A stretch of 64,000 bases of DNA from Marsupella aquatica (lineage: Eukaryota > Plantae > Marchantiophyta): the NCBI GenBank assembly GCA_973895155.1, contig OZ316893.1, positions 15,158,645-15,222,644 on the forward strand, written 5' to 3'. The position numbers and the translations under genes are program-made. The notes below the pieces were generated by a model. It made no database searches. It was not told the origin of the DNA and saw only the letters and a program-made list of their open reading frames with translations. Positions 34,283 through 47,460 of the stretch are shown piece after piece; position 1 is the stretch's first letter; the number at the start of each line of letters is the position of its first letter.

Positions 34283-37200
34283 AGTGCCTCTCAGTGTGCC
34301 AGCTGAGGGGCTGTGCGCGCTTTACCGTATGCACACTTGTGTGCGCAGTCGGAAGCGCGGCTCCTGGTGTGGGCGAATTCATCGTTCTTTGTCAGAAGAA
34401 ATACTCTGATAAAGTCCGCTGGACTCCCCTGGAAACTTCGCTGAACGGAAAATGGTTTCAGAAATGTAGCTTCTGTGAGTTTATTTTGATGCGAAAACTG
34501 TCTCTGTTCCATGGATCTGGGCAGTCTAATAGACCATATTGCATAGATGCAGAGTTTTATGTTGCCAAACTACGCCATTTGCATGGCTTCCGTGTCGAAA
34601 AGATTTTCCCAAAAATATTTCAAGTTAAGGCGCAAGTTTGTATCGTAATTCTGGTTGCTATATTGTCACGTATTGGTTAATCTTTAGTGGTGGACGCGAA
34701 TGTGGAGTCCCTCCTTCCGATCGGTGTGGTCTAAGTATTCATCATGTCGTCGAACGAATATGGAGCCCCCCCTTCAGATTGGTATGCTTTTAGTATGCAT
34801 TATGTCGTCGTTGAAACTCCTATAGAGGAATTGTAGTTGGTATTCTGGTGGGTCCACCCGTGTAGTCGCGGCGTCTCACTCGTTTTCTTTTCGACTGAAA
34901 GTTCTATCTGTCAGATCGCCTTATTTTACTTTTTAGGCTTCATACGTTACACATTACTTTGAAAAAGTGGTCGATTTCCAGAACGTCGCTCGTGAGGTTG
35001 GTTTTCTTTGTACAATGAACTGTAATTTAGAGGAAGTCTGTTCCCCTGCTAGATTCATTGCCCGTTATACCCCTACTATTACTTGCAGAGTCTTTCCGTA
35101 ACCGTGGGTCGGTTCCTTACTTTCATCTTTGTCAAGTCAGTGTTCATGACGTTGGACATTGTCAAATTAGGTCTGAATGTCACTGGAAAGAGGGTCTACC
35201 CTGAATTGGCAATCCAATCCATTCTGGCCTTTCCCATCCTACCAGGGGGGAAACCTCGGTTGTGAGCCGAGATTGCTAAACCCAAGTCTTCTGATCCATA
35301 GGGATAGCTTCATTGTAAGGGCTTTAAAGGCCAGATCCGGAGCATGGGATACTTGTGTATCCAACAACTTCTCGAAGTATTATCATCTTTGCCATATGCG
35401 TAAGATTATCACAAATAATAAATTTCACTCACTATGATTTATTATTTCTCTAGTATGTTTAGGTATGCACAATTGTTTACTAGGTCTGGGCCAAGGCCAT
35501 ACAATTTTAGGCAAATCAATAAGGCCGGGAGCAAAGCTTTTACCCCTAGTATCAAAGCCATGCGATAAGTACTCTTCTCTGATCATTTTTTTAATGTTGT
35601 GTTCAGAGTGAACCTGATTTCCCTTGTACTCTTCCCATATCCCATATGAGTCGCAGAAATGCAAAACACGTGTACGAACAATAGCCATTTTGGGGGATCT
35701 CAGTAGCCGGTCGTAGGAAGTAAGGAGTTTAGTGTCTTTGATTTAGAATTTCTAGAATGATAACCGTTAGATTTAGAATGTGTTACACATCAACGTTTAG
35801 GGTATAGAAGAATAACAAGAAAGACCAATTATGCAAAGAACCCTGAAGGATTCCATACCCTTGGATTGAACCCTAAACTCGGATGGGTTCTAGCCAAACA
35901 CACAGACTTGCTTGGATAATTCTGTCCAAGAAGTAACCAGAAGTGGCCAAATCACAAAAGTTCTGATTTGTTCTCCCAATACCCTTCTGACTCAACATGT
36001 TTAATTTTATCCTGTTTTTTTCTACTTACTAAGGAAAGATAAAGTTTAGGGTATAGTCAAACCTTGTCAAACCTTTATGGTAAATGGAGTGCGTCTACAA
36101 AGAGTGTACTTTGCTCAACTGTCTGAAACAAAAAGAATTCAATTTTATAAACCCACTATAGTTTTCCTACACACCACCTGGAGATTCTAAGGCATTGCTG
36201 ATCGTTGCATTAGTGATCATTTACAAAGTCTACCACTTGGCAGTTGTTGAAGAATCTTGCTTTTGATAGAACATTGTTGTTGTTGCAAAGAGTGTTGCAA
36301 GTAACTTTCCCACTGTTGAGTTGCCAGACTTTAATTTACAGGACTGCTCTTATAGAATCTAGAATGTTCCTCTTTTTCACAAGAAGCTTCAAATAAGTTT
36401 TCTGCTACAAAGTTACCAGTGGGAGTTTGGGAGGGCCAGGAATCTCCTATGTGCCCTATGAACCCAGGTTACCCCTCCATGGAGCCAAAGGGGTTGGATT
36501 GCATGGATGATTGACAACTATGTAGGTTATTTATGGATTTTAGTTTCCTTAAAGCTCTGTCCAGCCAGTAATAAAATTTGAGACCACACCATGGAGGCTG
36601 TGCATTTCAACATATGACCTTGATAGACATGTGTCTTTACATGTAGCTTAGCTTCTGGGGGAAGAGGAGGACCTAGAGGAGATGATGGAGGAGTTGAGCA
36701 TGACACCTATAAAGTTTTGGTGAGTACTTTTTAGGGGTTGCCACTTATCCACCTCCAATGCTATGATGGAGGTTTTGCATGAGGAAGTTGTTGTTCATGC
36801 AGATTCACAACATGATCATGTAGTTCAATGACACCCTCATCAATGAAATGTCTCCAAAGGTTGGCATCTGCAGTGCCATTTCATCTTTGAAACACTTTGC
36901 AAAGGGGATTTTTTATTGTTTTGCAGAGGAGCACCCACAGAATCATATGTCAAGAAGCACATGGAAGTCAACTGCCAACAAGGCCTTTTAGGGTTGTTTG
37001 CGTCACTTGATTGCACACATTGGACTTGGAAGAATTATTCAATTGAAAAACAAGCAAAACTTCAAGACAAAGATGGGAGAAGTGTAGGGATAATTTTGAG
37101 AGAAGGAAAGGGAACTCAATTGTGCTAGGTGTCACTTATGAGGTCATCGATGGCAATTCCTACCAGCTGTCTTATCTTCTCACAAATGGGAATTACCGTG

Positions 37201-37511
37201 ACATGACCAAATTTATGAAAATTAGCAGTACAAGGAAAAAGGAAATGGTTTGTCAAATGGCAAAAAATCTCTTGCAAGGATCTGCTGCAGGCCCAATTTG
37301 CCATGGTACACAATCCTTCTTGGCCGAGGAGCAGAATAAAATGAGTGTGGATTGGAAGGGAGCTATAACTCTCCACAGTATGATTGTGGAGGACAAGGAA
37401 GATGACAGCATCTTGGACAACAAATGTCATCACTTTGGACTTGAAGTGGCTGCACCCACCTCATCCCTCACTCTCTATTGCTAGGCTCACCTGCAATATG
37501 GCCCATGTTTG

Positions 37512-40500
37512 TGTCACCTGCTTATGAAATGATTTACACGATAAATACGTATTTTCTCCTACTAAAATAGTTTGTTATCATATGACGGGAACGTGGAGGG
37601 ACGTTATTCAGATTCTATTGCATGTAGGATGAGTATGTTTATTTCCGCTCCCGGAAATATAATTTTTGATCAAGTCTATCGACTAGCCTCTCTGCTTTTG
37701 ATCAAGTCTCATGGATTACACCACACACCCTCCTGCTGGTCGCTAGTGGGGTGCTGTCACCACCCCCCCTATTCACATGGATGACCAATCCGTGCAAGCA
37801 TTCCTTAGACACTTCTTGGGGAAAGAACACAATCGTGACACAGAAAAGATAACGCCACACCAAGACTTCAGTAATCAAACCAAATCCATATCTTTTGGTA
37901 ACAAATCGTAACACATTGCAAAGACAACCCGACCTCCTGCCTCACTGGGGCAAGTGCTACACCTCTACCTCACTACTCTGGCTTGATTCCCTCTTTTGGC
38001 TATGAGATAACTTCTATAAACCAACACTAGACTAAGTTCTCCCTAGTTACTCCGGGGCTCTCCCCTTAAATACTGAAAACAAACACACCAAAGCACCCCT
38101 CACGGGGTCACCACGATGGCGGCTACCCTAGCGGCGCCGCTAAAACCTTATCACCAACAGGTAAACATCACTAAACCCTAGCGGTATGTGGCACACACAT
38201 ACCCCTAAACCCTACCTAACTAAGGGACCGACGGTGCTTTCGACGGCGCCCCACAATATCACTCTGTAAATCGCGAAAATATAAGAGGCCCCACAATTGC
38301 TGAAACTAGGTGCCACTCTGATTTCACCTCTGAGCTCTCTCCTGGGTAGCCCTGCTCCCCCTGATCATGAATCACCAAACCGCACCGGAAACGGATATCG
38401 GACGACCAAGTTATGGTCGTTTTAGTTTCACGTACTTACCAACTTCGTCGGGCCCTAACTTACTCATCCTGGCTCCGTTTGAGGAGCGCCGCCTCTTGTT
38501 GGAATCAGCTCCGTGAGCTCTTTCCAACAAGCCCGTGAGTGCCAAATTCTGAAAAGATCAAAAGCAAGAGGTTGTACGACCAAGTCCGTACGGCTACCCT
38601 AGTCCTCCTCCTCCTCACTCACAGTGCCATGGCTTGAGCCTCGTGAGTTGGTCTCCTCATCACTCTCAATTGGAGTGGATACCACTTCGCTTCTCTTCTT
38701 CTTCACCGGGGTACTCTTCCCACTAGTGCTCCCTTGCTTCCTCAACACCGCCAAGGCTTGCCAAGCCTTGATATACCCCTCACCGATGGTATCCTTCCAC
38801 AAGGCAACTTCCTCCCCGGATTACAACTCCAACAGTAAAACCTGCCCGGTGGCCCTGGGAGTCCCTGGTGTCACAGATCTGGGCGTCATCCCTAGTGTAC
38901 CCGTATTGACTTGGGCCTCCCTTAACGACCTACGTACCTCCTTGAGCTTCTTCTCTCCAAGCTCTTATTCTTCTCCTGATTCTTCTTGGTTGCTTCCAAC
39001 AGGGGACCGTACTTCTCAATGACTTTCTTCAGCACCATCTCAATGGCTTTGGAGACCAGGTTAGGAGAAAGCATGGAGCTAGGTGGGTAGGGACTCTTCC
39101 GTTTTCCCAGACTCAAGGCCTCACTTCTCTTGGCCCTAGTCTCAAAGATCCCCAGCTAACTCCGTAGTTCTACAACCTGTCCTCTTAACCTCCCCTTTTC
39201 TCCCGAGTTCTGCTTCTCTTTGGCCAATGCTTCTCTTAGCACTCCAACTTCCTCCGCTTCTTTGGCCTTGGTAGACAAGGCCCCTCTCAAGTGAGAAATC
39301 TCCACTTGAGCCGCATGGAGAAGCTTGGCCTTCTCTTGTATGGCCTCCTCCTTAGCTTGGATCACCTCCTTCATCAACGTGGCACCCTACTGCAATGTTT
39401 CCACCCTTGTGTTGGCCTGCTTGAGTGCATCTCTCAATGTATGGGCTAGCTTGAGCCCCTCATAGATCCCTTCACGAAAATCCCGTCATTCCGCCAAGTA
39501 TACCTCTGGAATGTCGTAAGCAAGGGGCTCCTTTGGGTTCCCCACCAGAGATTCAAGTCACTCCAACGTGTAATCCTCATCTTGGATGTCTACCTCAACT
39601 TGACTGTCTCCCGTTCCTGCTGGCACCTTTGTTAGTTTCCCCAAGATGGTAGTGGCAATGCTGCGGATCTCCGTGGTAAGAGGTGACCTAGCTTCTTCAG
39701 GTCCCGAGGAGGCAATCAATCCTTCTGCCCTGGCCAACAAAAATGACCCCATCAAATGCAACGCTCCCCCTGGTTTCAGACTCTTCGGCTCATTGGCCAA
39801 TAGTTTTGTCAATCCGTAATACCACCATCCGTAGGCATGGGCTGGATATTTTTGAATATCCAGAGCAATTATGAATTGCTCCCCATTCACTACCCCGGAT
39901 TGCACATTACCGAGGACCCGTTGATGAACCTTGGCCAGAAATCCCTTGTCTGCTGCATCCTTGACGGCCGAGAGATGAATGGTCGTGGTGGAGGTGGGAT
40001 TGTTCACCCAACAGGCCACCATTGTCAACATGAGATCCCCGATTATGTTCCGGGGGGTGGATGAGAACTGCTGGTTCTCCAAAAACAAAAGCTTAGCCAA
40101 TTCGGCATGAGGCACCAACCGTTGAATACATGCAAAATAAATCCCCTCCGTGCGCAATTCCATTCGAGTCTCCAGGTCCCAACTCTTCCCTGGAGGGATT
40201 CTAATCTCTACTCTCATGAAGTCGGTGAGCCCGGTGGCTTGGAACATAGCCTTGCAATCTTCCATCACCCAGGCAAAGGTCTTGGGGTAAATTTGACGGA
40301 AAATTTTCCTCGTGACTGGTGCTGGACTTACTGTCGGTCCAATGCTCATTGTTGCCTTTCTTTCTCCTCCCCTCCTCTCAATCAATGTTGCAATGTAAGC
40401 CCGGTATGCCGCCTTGTATCTACGAATGCGAGCCGCACTGAACTCGGGCTGATCAAGCATCCATGCTCCAGGAAAAAATCCCCAATCACAAAATCCCGTC

Positions 40501-41892
40501 ACCCATATCTCGTAGCAAATTTCCAATCCCTGGCCCGAAACGACCCCCGTAACTTGATTAAACACCAGCAATCAAACCTCGGGAAAAACCCGTCGCAAAG
40601 AGCCCGTACTCACTTCACAAAAGCGTCGGATAAGTTCAAGGTGACCGGGTCGGCGAGAGGGGGTTACCCAAGAGCTCACGAAAATAATGGAGTGAGGAAA
40701 GAGGTGGAATGCTTTCGGCAATGTGCGAAGTCATGAAGTGGTTTCGGAAATGCGCGGAGGGAGAAAAAAAAAACCCCTAAAGACAACCCCGTAGCCTCCT
40801 TTCACACTCTAAATTGACCCTCGCAGGTGCACCTCGCTCCCCGGCTGCTCCTCCCGGTTTTGTACTCGCGGGGCCCTTTTGGGGGATTTAACCCCCCCCT
40901 TTTTCCTCCTAAATCCCCGAGCGCCCGACAGCCTCCAACTCGCCCTGGCAGCTCTTGCGTTGGCGCCTGGGCACAACTCCCTATGCAGGGGGCACGACCT
41001 CGCTCCTGCGCCCCCACTCACTGCCTCCCTGCTGCCCTCTCACCTTACTCTCCTACGCCACCTTCACACTCTCACTGCTGGCGGGAGGGCCTTGGGCTCC
41101 CCCGCCACCTGGCCTGCTATCATTATGGAGGGCTTGCCCCCCCGGCTGTCTTAAGCGCCCCGCTCCGTTGCGCCTCGGCCAAGCCTGCCATATGTCGGGG
41201 GGTTTAATTCTCCCCCCCTCTCGCGCTCGCTCCTGGCTCACGGGCTCGCGGTAGCTTATGTACCACCTGGCCTGCTATCATTATGGAGGGCTCGCCCCCC
41301 CGGCTGCCTTAAGCGCCCCGCTCCGTTGCGCCTCAGCCAAGCCTGCCATATGTCGGGGGGTTTAATTCTCCCCCCCCCTCTCGCGCTCGCTCCTGGCTCA
41401 CGGTGCTCCTTTTATATTCGCCTCACGGGCTCGCGGTAGCTTATGTACCCCAGTGAGGATTCCACGTGGCGGCCCCAGGGCTGCCCCTTATGGGGTCCCC
41501 CAAGTGCTCTTATGCAAGGGGGCTCGTCTGCTCCCTGGGTTCCCTGCTGCCGTCACACAAACCCCCCCCCCCTCCGCTTAACACAAAAAATTAGTGCTCC
41601 TCCCCTAGACCTTGCTATTGCGGTCTCAAAAAAAAATGGCCTAAGGGAAACAGGATGTCCGACCATTCTAGCCCTAGTTCCAAGGTCCCAACATGCTTGA
41701 TTGCTGGGGCGCCGTAGGCATCCAAACTATTAGGGTATAAAAGTAAGTAGAGACCTCTGGGGCATAGCAACCTATAAGGACGGAATTAACTCAAAAAAAT
41801 ATTTTAAAACGGCTTATTCACAATGGTTATTTACATGGCACAACCCCACTAAACAACTATCAAGGATTTTCAGTGACGGGAACCCCGTCACA
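37512..41892 (-). mobile_element. Solo giant LTR (4381 bp) of the gypsy family
   Basis: TGTCAC...CCGTCACA termini and perfect TSD GTTTG (37507-37511, 41893-41897). Colinear with 6298-10264. No pol sequence. Confidence 0.92.
38599..40460 (-). pseudogene. Disabled homolog of the LTR-encoded 617-aa ORF
   Basis: MLDQPEFSAARIRRYKAAY... through ...SHGTVSEEED, with a TGA at 39558 where the intact copy has TGG, plus further stops and frameshifts. Confidence 0.9.
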
Positions 41893-42749
41893 GTTTGCAA
41901 TGTGGACACTGCAGATCAAGTGAAGTCAGGATTAATTGAGCATTATTTTGTGGCAACTGAATGCAGCTGGGAATGCAGAGGGAGAAGTGAGTAGTTCATT
42001 GCAAATGGAATGCATTGGGTAGTCTAGGAAACTTTGTAGGAGTACATTTCACAATTATTGGTCATTTCTCAATTATGCAACGTCCTAGGAGATATTGACT
42101 TTGCTGAAATAAATTAGGTGGAAGTTCCACAATTATCCTATTATCTTGCAAGAATCTATTCTTGTTGTTTGTCATCCAACTCGGATTGTATCTCCAAAAT
42201 TCACTTGTATAATGGTGTTCAAAACAATCATTTATTTGATGTGGTTGCAACAAAACAGTAACTCATGGGTCTGTAGTCTGGAAGTAGTCTTGCCCTAAAC
42301 TAAAACAACTATTTTGTCAGAATACAAGTGTGCCATATTGACACATGTACCAATAAAAACATGACAGGTGTCCTATGTCCTAAACAAAAAACAAGTCTGG
42401 CTACTACAGGCGTGTTTAGCAGGCTCACAAACGGGCTGATGTGAGGGCTATGTCATGGAAGGGCTCGACCCAAGGGAAAATCGGGCAATACTGGAAGCCA
42501 GAGTTTGCATAAATTTGGAAGGGCAATAGTGAAGATGGCCTATATAACATGACAATATTTGTTGGGTATATCGCTTCTCCCGGGGCACCATGCACATGTA
42601 AATACCATACAAAGTAGTCAACAACGTCTATTGTAACCAATAATAAAATCTAGATTGTTGAAATTTGATATTGGATTGAGGTATCTACTATTGAAGACTA
42701 TGGCTATGTGGCCTTGTCTTCAACAACCAGGTTCTAGCCATCCTTGTCT

Positions 42750-43500
42750 AAAAGCAAGAACTGCTTTGCTGCCAGTCTAGCTTTGTGACGTCAAGTTGAA
42801 ATAACTAGATCTCTGTAAGCAACAACATCTATTGTAGTTGTCCTTGAATTCAGAGGAGTGACAATGAGAGCATTGGAGTATGTTAGGGCACTTTCTGTCT
42901 TGCTGGTCTTCTTTTCAATATTCTCAAGCTTCTATGCCTCTCAGTCACCATTTGGGGTGTTACTGTCTTGTTGGCAGCAATACTACCCCCCCCCCCCCCC
43001 CGCCCCCCCCTCTTGACTATAAATGTGGACATTGCACCAACATTCCCAGCATGCCTCTGATTCTGCTTAGCCAGCCTCTGTTTAGCTAGTCTTTCCAAAT
43101 GTTTGTATTTCAATTGTGCAACCACCACCACTTGGTGGAGTCCTTAATAATCTTTGAAGCTCCATCAAATTGATATTCTAGCCCCATCTTTGTTGTCTGT
43201 TGATACAGAGCAATCATTTCTCAACCTGCTCATCCTTGTTTGTGCCACTCCCATTCAACTCTAGAATGGCCAACAAGGCTCTAGAAAACTTGACACAACC
43301 ATTGTTGATTCCTTACTTCAATGATACAAGGATTGACTGACCTGAAGACATCCTTCAAGGTACCTGGATACTTTTGGGGGAATTCTGGCATAGCCTTGTT
43401 TTGGTACAATGGACATCAGACTTATGTTGAGCTTCAAGCAAGCCAAGACCTAACAATCTGCTCTAACTCAGTATTACTGACATTTGCCCACTTGTATGTC
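42750..43500 (-). pseudogene. Pong ORF1 (Myb/SANT-like, NAM-associated type) remnant; limits approximate
   Basis: Manual translation: ELEQIVRSWLA ... GINNGCVKFSRALLAILELNGSGTNKDEQVEK/MIALYQQTTKMGLEYQFDGASKIIKDSTKW. Lies convergent to the transposase. Confidence 0.6.
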
Positions 43501-44767
43501 AAGATTGCCATTGGCAGCTTGGTCTACTGGCGGCATGGTGTGCATAAAAAGAGAGTAGGCAAGGTTGCAATATTGGAGGGAGCAAGAGGACACCTCTTTG
43601 CATGCAAGCAGCGATGACAATTAGAATTGAAAATTGAATGAGAACAAGAGACATTGAGAGGCACATAATTACTCAATCAAAATGAATTGTTTGCTTTTTG
43701 TCCCACATGGGAGACCCTGCTCGTGGAGAGTGTAGAGCTTGACGTTTTGTCTGATGAAATCTGCCCATATCCCATCCAAAACGCCACAGGCTGCTCAAAG
43801 GGCTGCACTGACCCAAGTTTAGCATTGCGGTTCATGGGGAACCCTAGAACCAAGTAGATGCATTGAACACAGTTTTCTGTCTTTTGTTAGTTGGGGTGAA
43901 ATGGTCAACACCCTGTCTCAATAACCATGCCCAGTTAGATTGCCCCAGCAGCTTTGCGCTAGTGCATAGCAACAGAAGTCAAGGACACCCAGACCCCAAG
44001 GAGAAAGTGTCAGCCAGATTCAAATCATGCACATTGCTTGCTAAACCTACTATAGTAATACATACTTAGGTTCTAAGCTAAAAGGGGCCATATCTGGGGC
44101 CATATTCAATTGAGGTCGGATCCGGTTTGGAGGGTGTAAGGGAGTTCTAGGGAAGTAAGAAGAAGTCTATTTGTGTTTTTCCCACCTTGGGTCCCTTTAA
44201 GGAGGAAAAATCACGGGAAAATTCAACACTATTCTAAATGTTACCCTCTTTTCATTTTTAATGTGCCAACTTGTGAAATAAGTAAATTCCCTAAGTGGAA
44301 TGTGACGTGAAAGTATAGAGATAGGGATAGGGATGGTAAAATGATGATGCTATGCATTGTGGGACATATCATGATCGGTCTCTTGTAAAGTTGAGGAAAA
44401 TTGCAAGGCCTATTTGTGAGTGTAAAAAAGGTCTGGTTATCCAGTTTTGGCAGTTGTAGCCTTGGCTCTCAAAACTCAGAAAGTTAAAATTTGATTAGCT
44501 CATGTCTCACACTTCACTAACAAATCTTTCTCATTTTCAAACTTCATTTAATCTGAATAGCCAGTAGCATGTGCAACCACCCCTCACCACTCACCAGTGC
44601 ATCCCCATGGAACCCCATGCCTGCCCATAAGTGATCAAGTGACCAAATGGCCACCCCATACTCTACGTCTGGGATAGCCTTTGTTTCTCCTTTGGAAATG
44701 ACTTCCCTCAAAAGGACTAGCACCATTCATTTTCCAGCAAGCCTTCAATTGTGACTGTTGTCTTGAA

Positions 44768-45068
44768 TGTTAGAGACGGGGTTAGAGACTGACTTGATTT
44801 CCCGGCGTTAGTTACTCTGGGTTACATTAGGATGAGATCCACTTAGTATAGGCCCACACATCTCGGCCCCTTGGGGGGGGGGGGTATAGGTTGGAGGGAG
44901 GGCTTTCTCTTCCTCATTCTTCACATGTACTTTCTCATGAGCTATGGATCCCTCAAGAGTTTCTCCATCGTGGTGTCTTGTTGGTGCAGTGTGAGATTGA
45001 GTGCTATCATGTTCCGCATTGTTGTCTAGTGTGGAGCCGACGGTTCTGACATCACTCGCTATTTAACA
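44768..45068 (+). mobile_element. Small solo-LTR-like repeat, copy A
   Basis: TGTTAG...TTAACA termini. About 150 bp is the inverted counterpart of 46440-46590. TSD not convincing. Confidence 0.5.
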
Positions 45069-45109
45069 TCCAAATGTCCCTGTTTTACTTTTCCATATTT
45101 TACTGTATT

Positions 45110-45355
45110 CTCGGGGGGGGTCACTATATGAAGGGTCATACATCACGTGCGACAGTTTGGGTCATTTATGACCCCCCTAAGTCACTTTCTAGAAAGTTGT
45201 ACGGCACCAATCATGTGATGACACGTATGCATTTTGCAATTAAACAACCCTATATTCCCATAGAAGACTTAATAAGTCTTCCGCCAAAACCATTGAAATG
45301 ACCCTATATTTTGTCGCACATGATAGGCCACTTCCATGGAAGTGACCCCCCCGAG
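45110..45355. mobile_element. 246-bp MITE with 8-bp TSD (hAT- or Mutator-type)
   Basis: TIR CTCGGGGGGGGTCACT / AGTGACCCCCCCGAG extending ~55 bp imperfectly. TSD ACTGTATT at 45102-45109 and 45356-45363. Confidence 0.85.
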
Positions 45356-46389
45356 ACTGTATTGTCCTCCAATCTGGTCAAAATTACTAACCTTGCAGTC
45401 AAAGCTATTTCCATTATCAATTGGCCTCCCATTTGGTGTAAAGTTTGGCTTGACTCAAGTATAGTTACCCAAGATCCCACGTGATTGGTTTGTGGACACA
45501 TGAAGGTTTGTGATTTGCTTTTGCTAACCCTCTCCAATGGGACTTTCATATTGGATCCGGTTCCCCCCAAGCAATCTTACTTCTGCCAAATGACACTCAT
45601 GTGTGAAAAACCATATGATCATTTTACTGGGTTCTAAGGGAAGGCTTTAAAAACTTGTGGAAGAAGTTTAGTGTCTTTTAATCCCACTTGTAAGACTTCA
45701 AGTAAAGAGAGGATTTTTAAAAACAGATTTGAAATAATCCAGATTAATGGGATTTTTAGGGTGTAAGAGGTCTCAAAATGCAGTGATGGGGGGTTGGCTC
45801 CATACAGTGAGACTCTTGAAGGTTCCCCCATCCAACACTCACCCAAATGTGAGGGTCCACTATAGTCTATGAGAAAAACTGCCGCTTTTTTGTCCCCCTC
45901 ATTCCCCCACTTTACAGTCAGAGGGGGTTACCTTGGGGAAAATTGTGAGTATCCATGGGTATGAACTATGTGTCATCTTGGGTTATTATAGTCCGGTCAA
46001 GCGAACCCACATAAAAAATGTGGGAACACCTTACAGCTAAATTAGTTTTAAGGGTAGGTTAATAAATTTGAGTGCTTGGGGCACGGTTTGGGGAACAGTG
46101 CAAAGCATATATTAAGGATGACAGCTTTACTCAAAAGAGCAAAACTTGGGTCAGTGCTCAACCAAACACCAAATCTGAGTCATGCTTATTGCAACCAAAC
46201 ACAAAATCTTGAATGTAAAACAACCACTGAAACAATCCTGCAATTGTCGACAACAATTCAAGTTTGCACATCGATTCAACACAACAAACTCTCTCATCAC
46301 TGCCAAGGCAACCAAACCACTTGCCAATCCACAAACACGAGGCTCTAATAGCACTTGTAAGAAATCATGGGCTCATAATAGACCAAAAA

Positions 46390-46636
46390 TGTTAAACACA
46401 AGTGTGCACTCAATCTCCTAACCCACCTAAAAACGGCCATGATGGAGAAACTTACAAAAGATCCCATAGCTCATGAGAGAGTACATATGAAGAATGAGGG
46501 AGAGAATGGTCTCCCTCCAACCTATACCCCCAAGGGTGACCAAGATGTGTGGGCCTCAGTAGAATGGATCCTATCCTTATCTAATGAAGGGTTAACTAAT
46601 CCTAGTGAGGCCAAACTAACTTGGGAACTAACTACA
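46390..46636 (-). mobile_element. Small solo-LTR-like repeat, copy B (inverted relative to copy A); right end approximate
   Basis: TGTTAA start. Shares GCACTCAATCTC, GATGGAGAAACT, CCATAGCTCATGAGA and CTCCCTCCAACCTATACCCCC with the reverse complement of copy A. Confidence 0.5.
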
Positions 46637-47289
46637 GTAAGGAACTTCAGCAAATTCCTAACAACCACATGCAACCACATCAGTGCTTTTGGTTACAAAA
46701 ACAAACTTCTGTGTTTGCAACAACAAACTGACATGACTGTTCTTTTGATAGAAGGCAAGGAAGTACAATTAGACCTAGCAACCCCAAAAAGTGGAAAAGT
46801 AAAATTTAATATTACAAACAGTGCAGTAAAACAAAATATTCAATTGAGGTCAATGCGGGGGTCAATGCAAAGGTCCATGCTTCAAGCTTCAATAATAAAG
46901 AGCTTAACCAAAGACTTAAAAAAAAAATAGTTCGTGCACCCCTAACTCTTTTGTGATCCCTAATTTCAGGAAGCATTTTTTTCCAAGAGTCATAATTTCT
47001 GGAAGCTAAACGGACAAAATCTCCAATGGCCCGTTATTGGAACTCAATCTGAAACAAGGGGCTGTACATTACCAATGGAGTCCGGAACATGGCAGGTGAC
47101 CCATTCTCCATGCAACCTTGGCTCACGATGACTTCAAACCCATACCAAATGCAGAGTTGGTTAGGGTTGCCATAATTCTGGCAACCATTTTAATTTTTGT
47201 GAATATTCAACTATTTATTACTTATCTTATGTTTTTACTTAATAAGAAGAAAAGGTAACCAAAACGGTTGCCAATTAAATTACATTTTG

Positions 47290-47460
47290 TTTTACAGCAT
47301 GGCACCCAAAATTTTACCAAAACTTGCCACAAACACAAAAGGAGGAGTTATTGTAATTTGGAGACAAAAATATGTTCTTGTTTGCAGCACGCCATAATGA
47401 TGTGGCACGCTGTGGAGTCTCAAATTTTGAAAATGACCTCTAATGGGGTCCGTAATTAAT
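47290..47460 (+). repeat. Diverged 3' end of the Helitron-like family
   Basis: ...GCATGGCACCCAAAA...GCCACAAACAC...GACCTCTAATGGGGTCCGTAATTAAT matches 16335-16505. Confidence 0.6.

Larger units (their letters stand above)
36880..41990 (+). pseudogene. PIF/Harbinger (Pong-type) transposase remnant, interrupted near its C-terminus by the solo giant LTR (coding parts ~36880-37506 and ~41898-41990)
   Basis: GLLGLFASLDCTHWTWKN, VTYEVIDGNSYQLSYLLTNGNY, ITLHSMIVED, and after the insertion VKSGLIEHY. Confidence 0.75.

Noticed and set aside
34147-34680. 177-aa ORF
   Set aside because: Overlaps the RPL41 exon in another frame and its 3' UTR. No family signal.
46439-46930. 163-aa ORF
   Set aside because: Starts inside an LTR-like repeat and shows no motif, so it is likely spurious.
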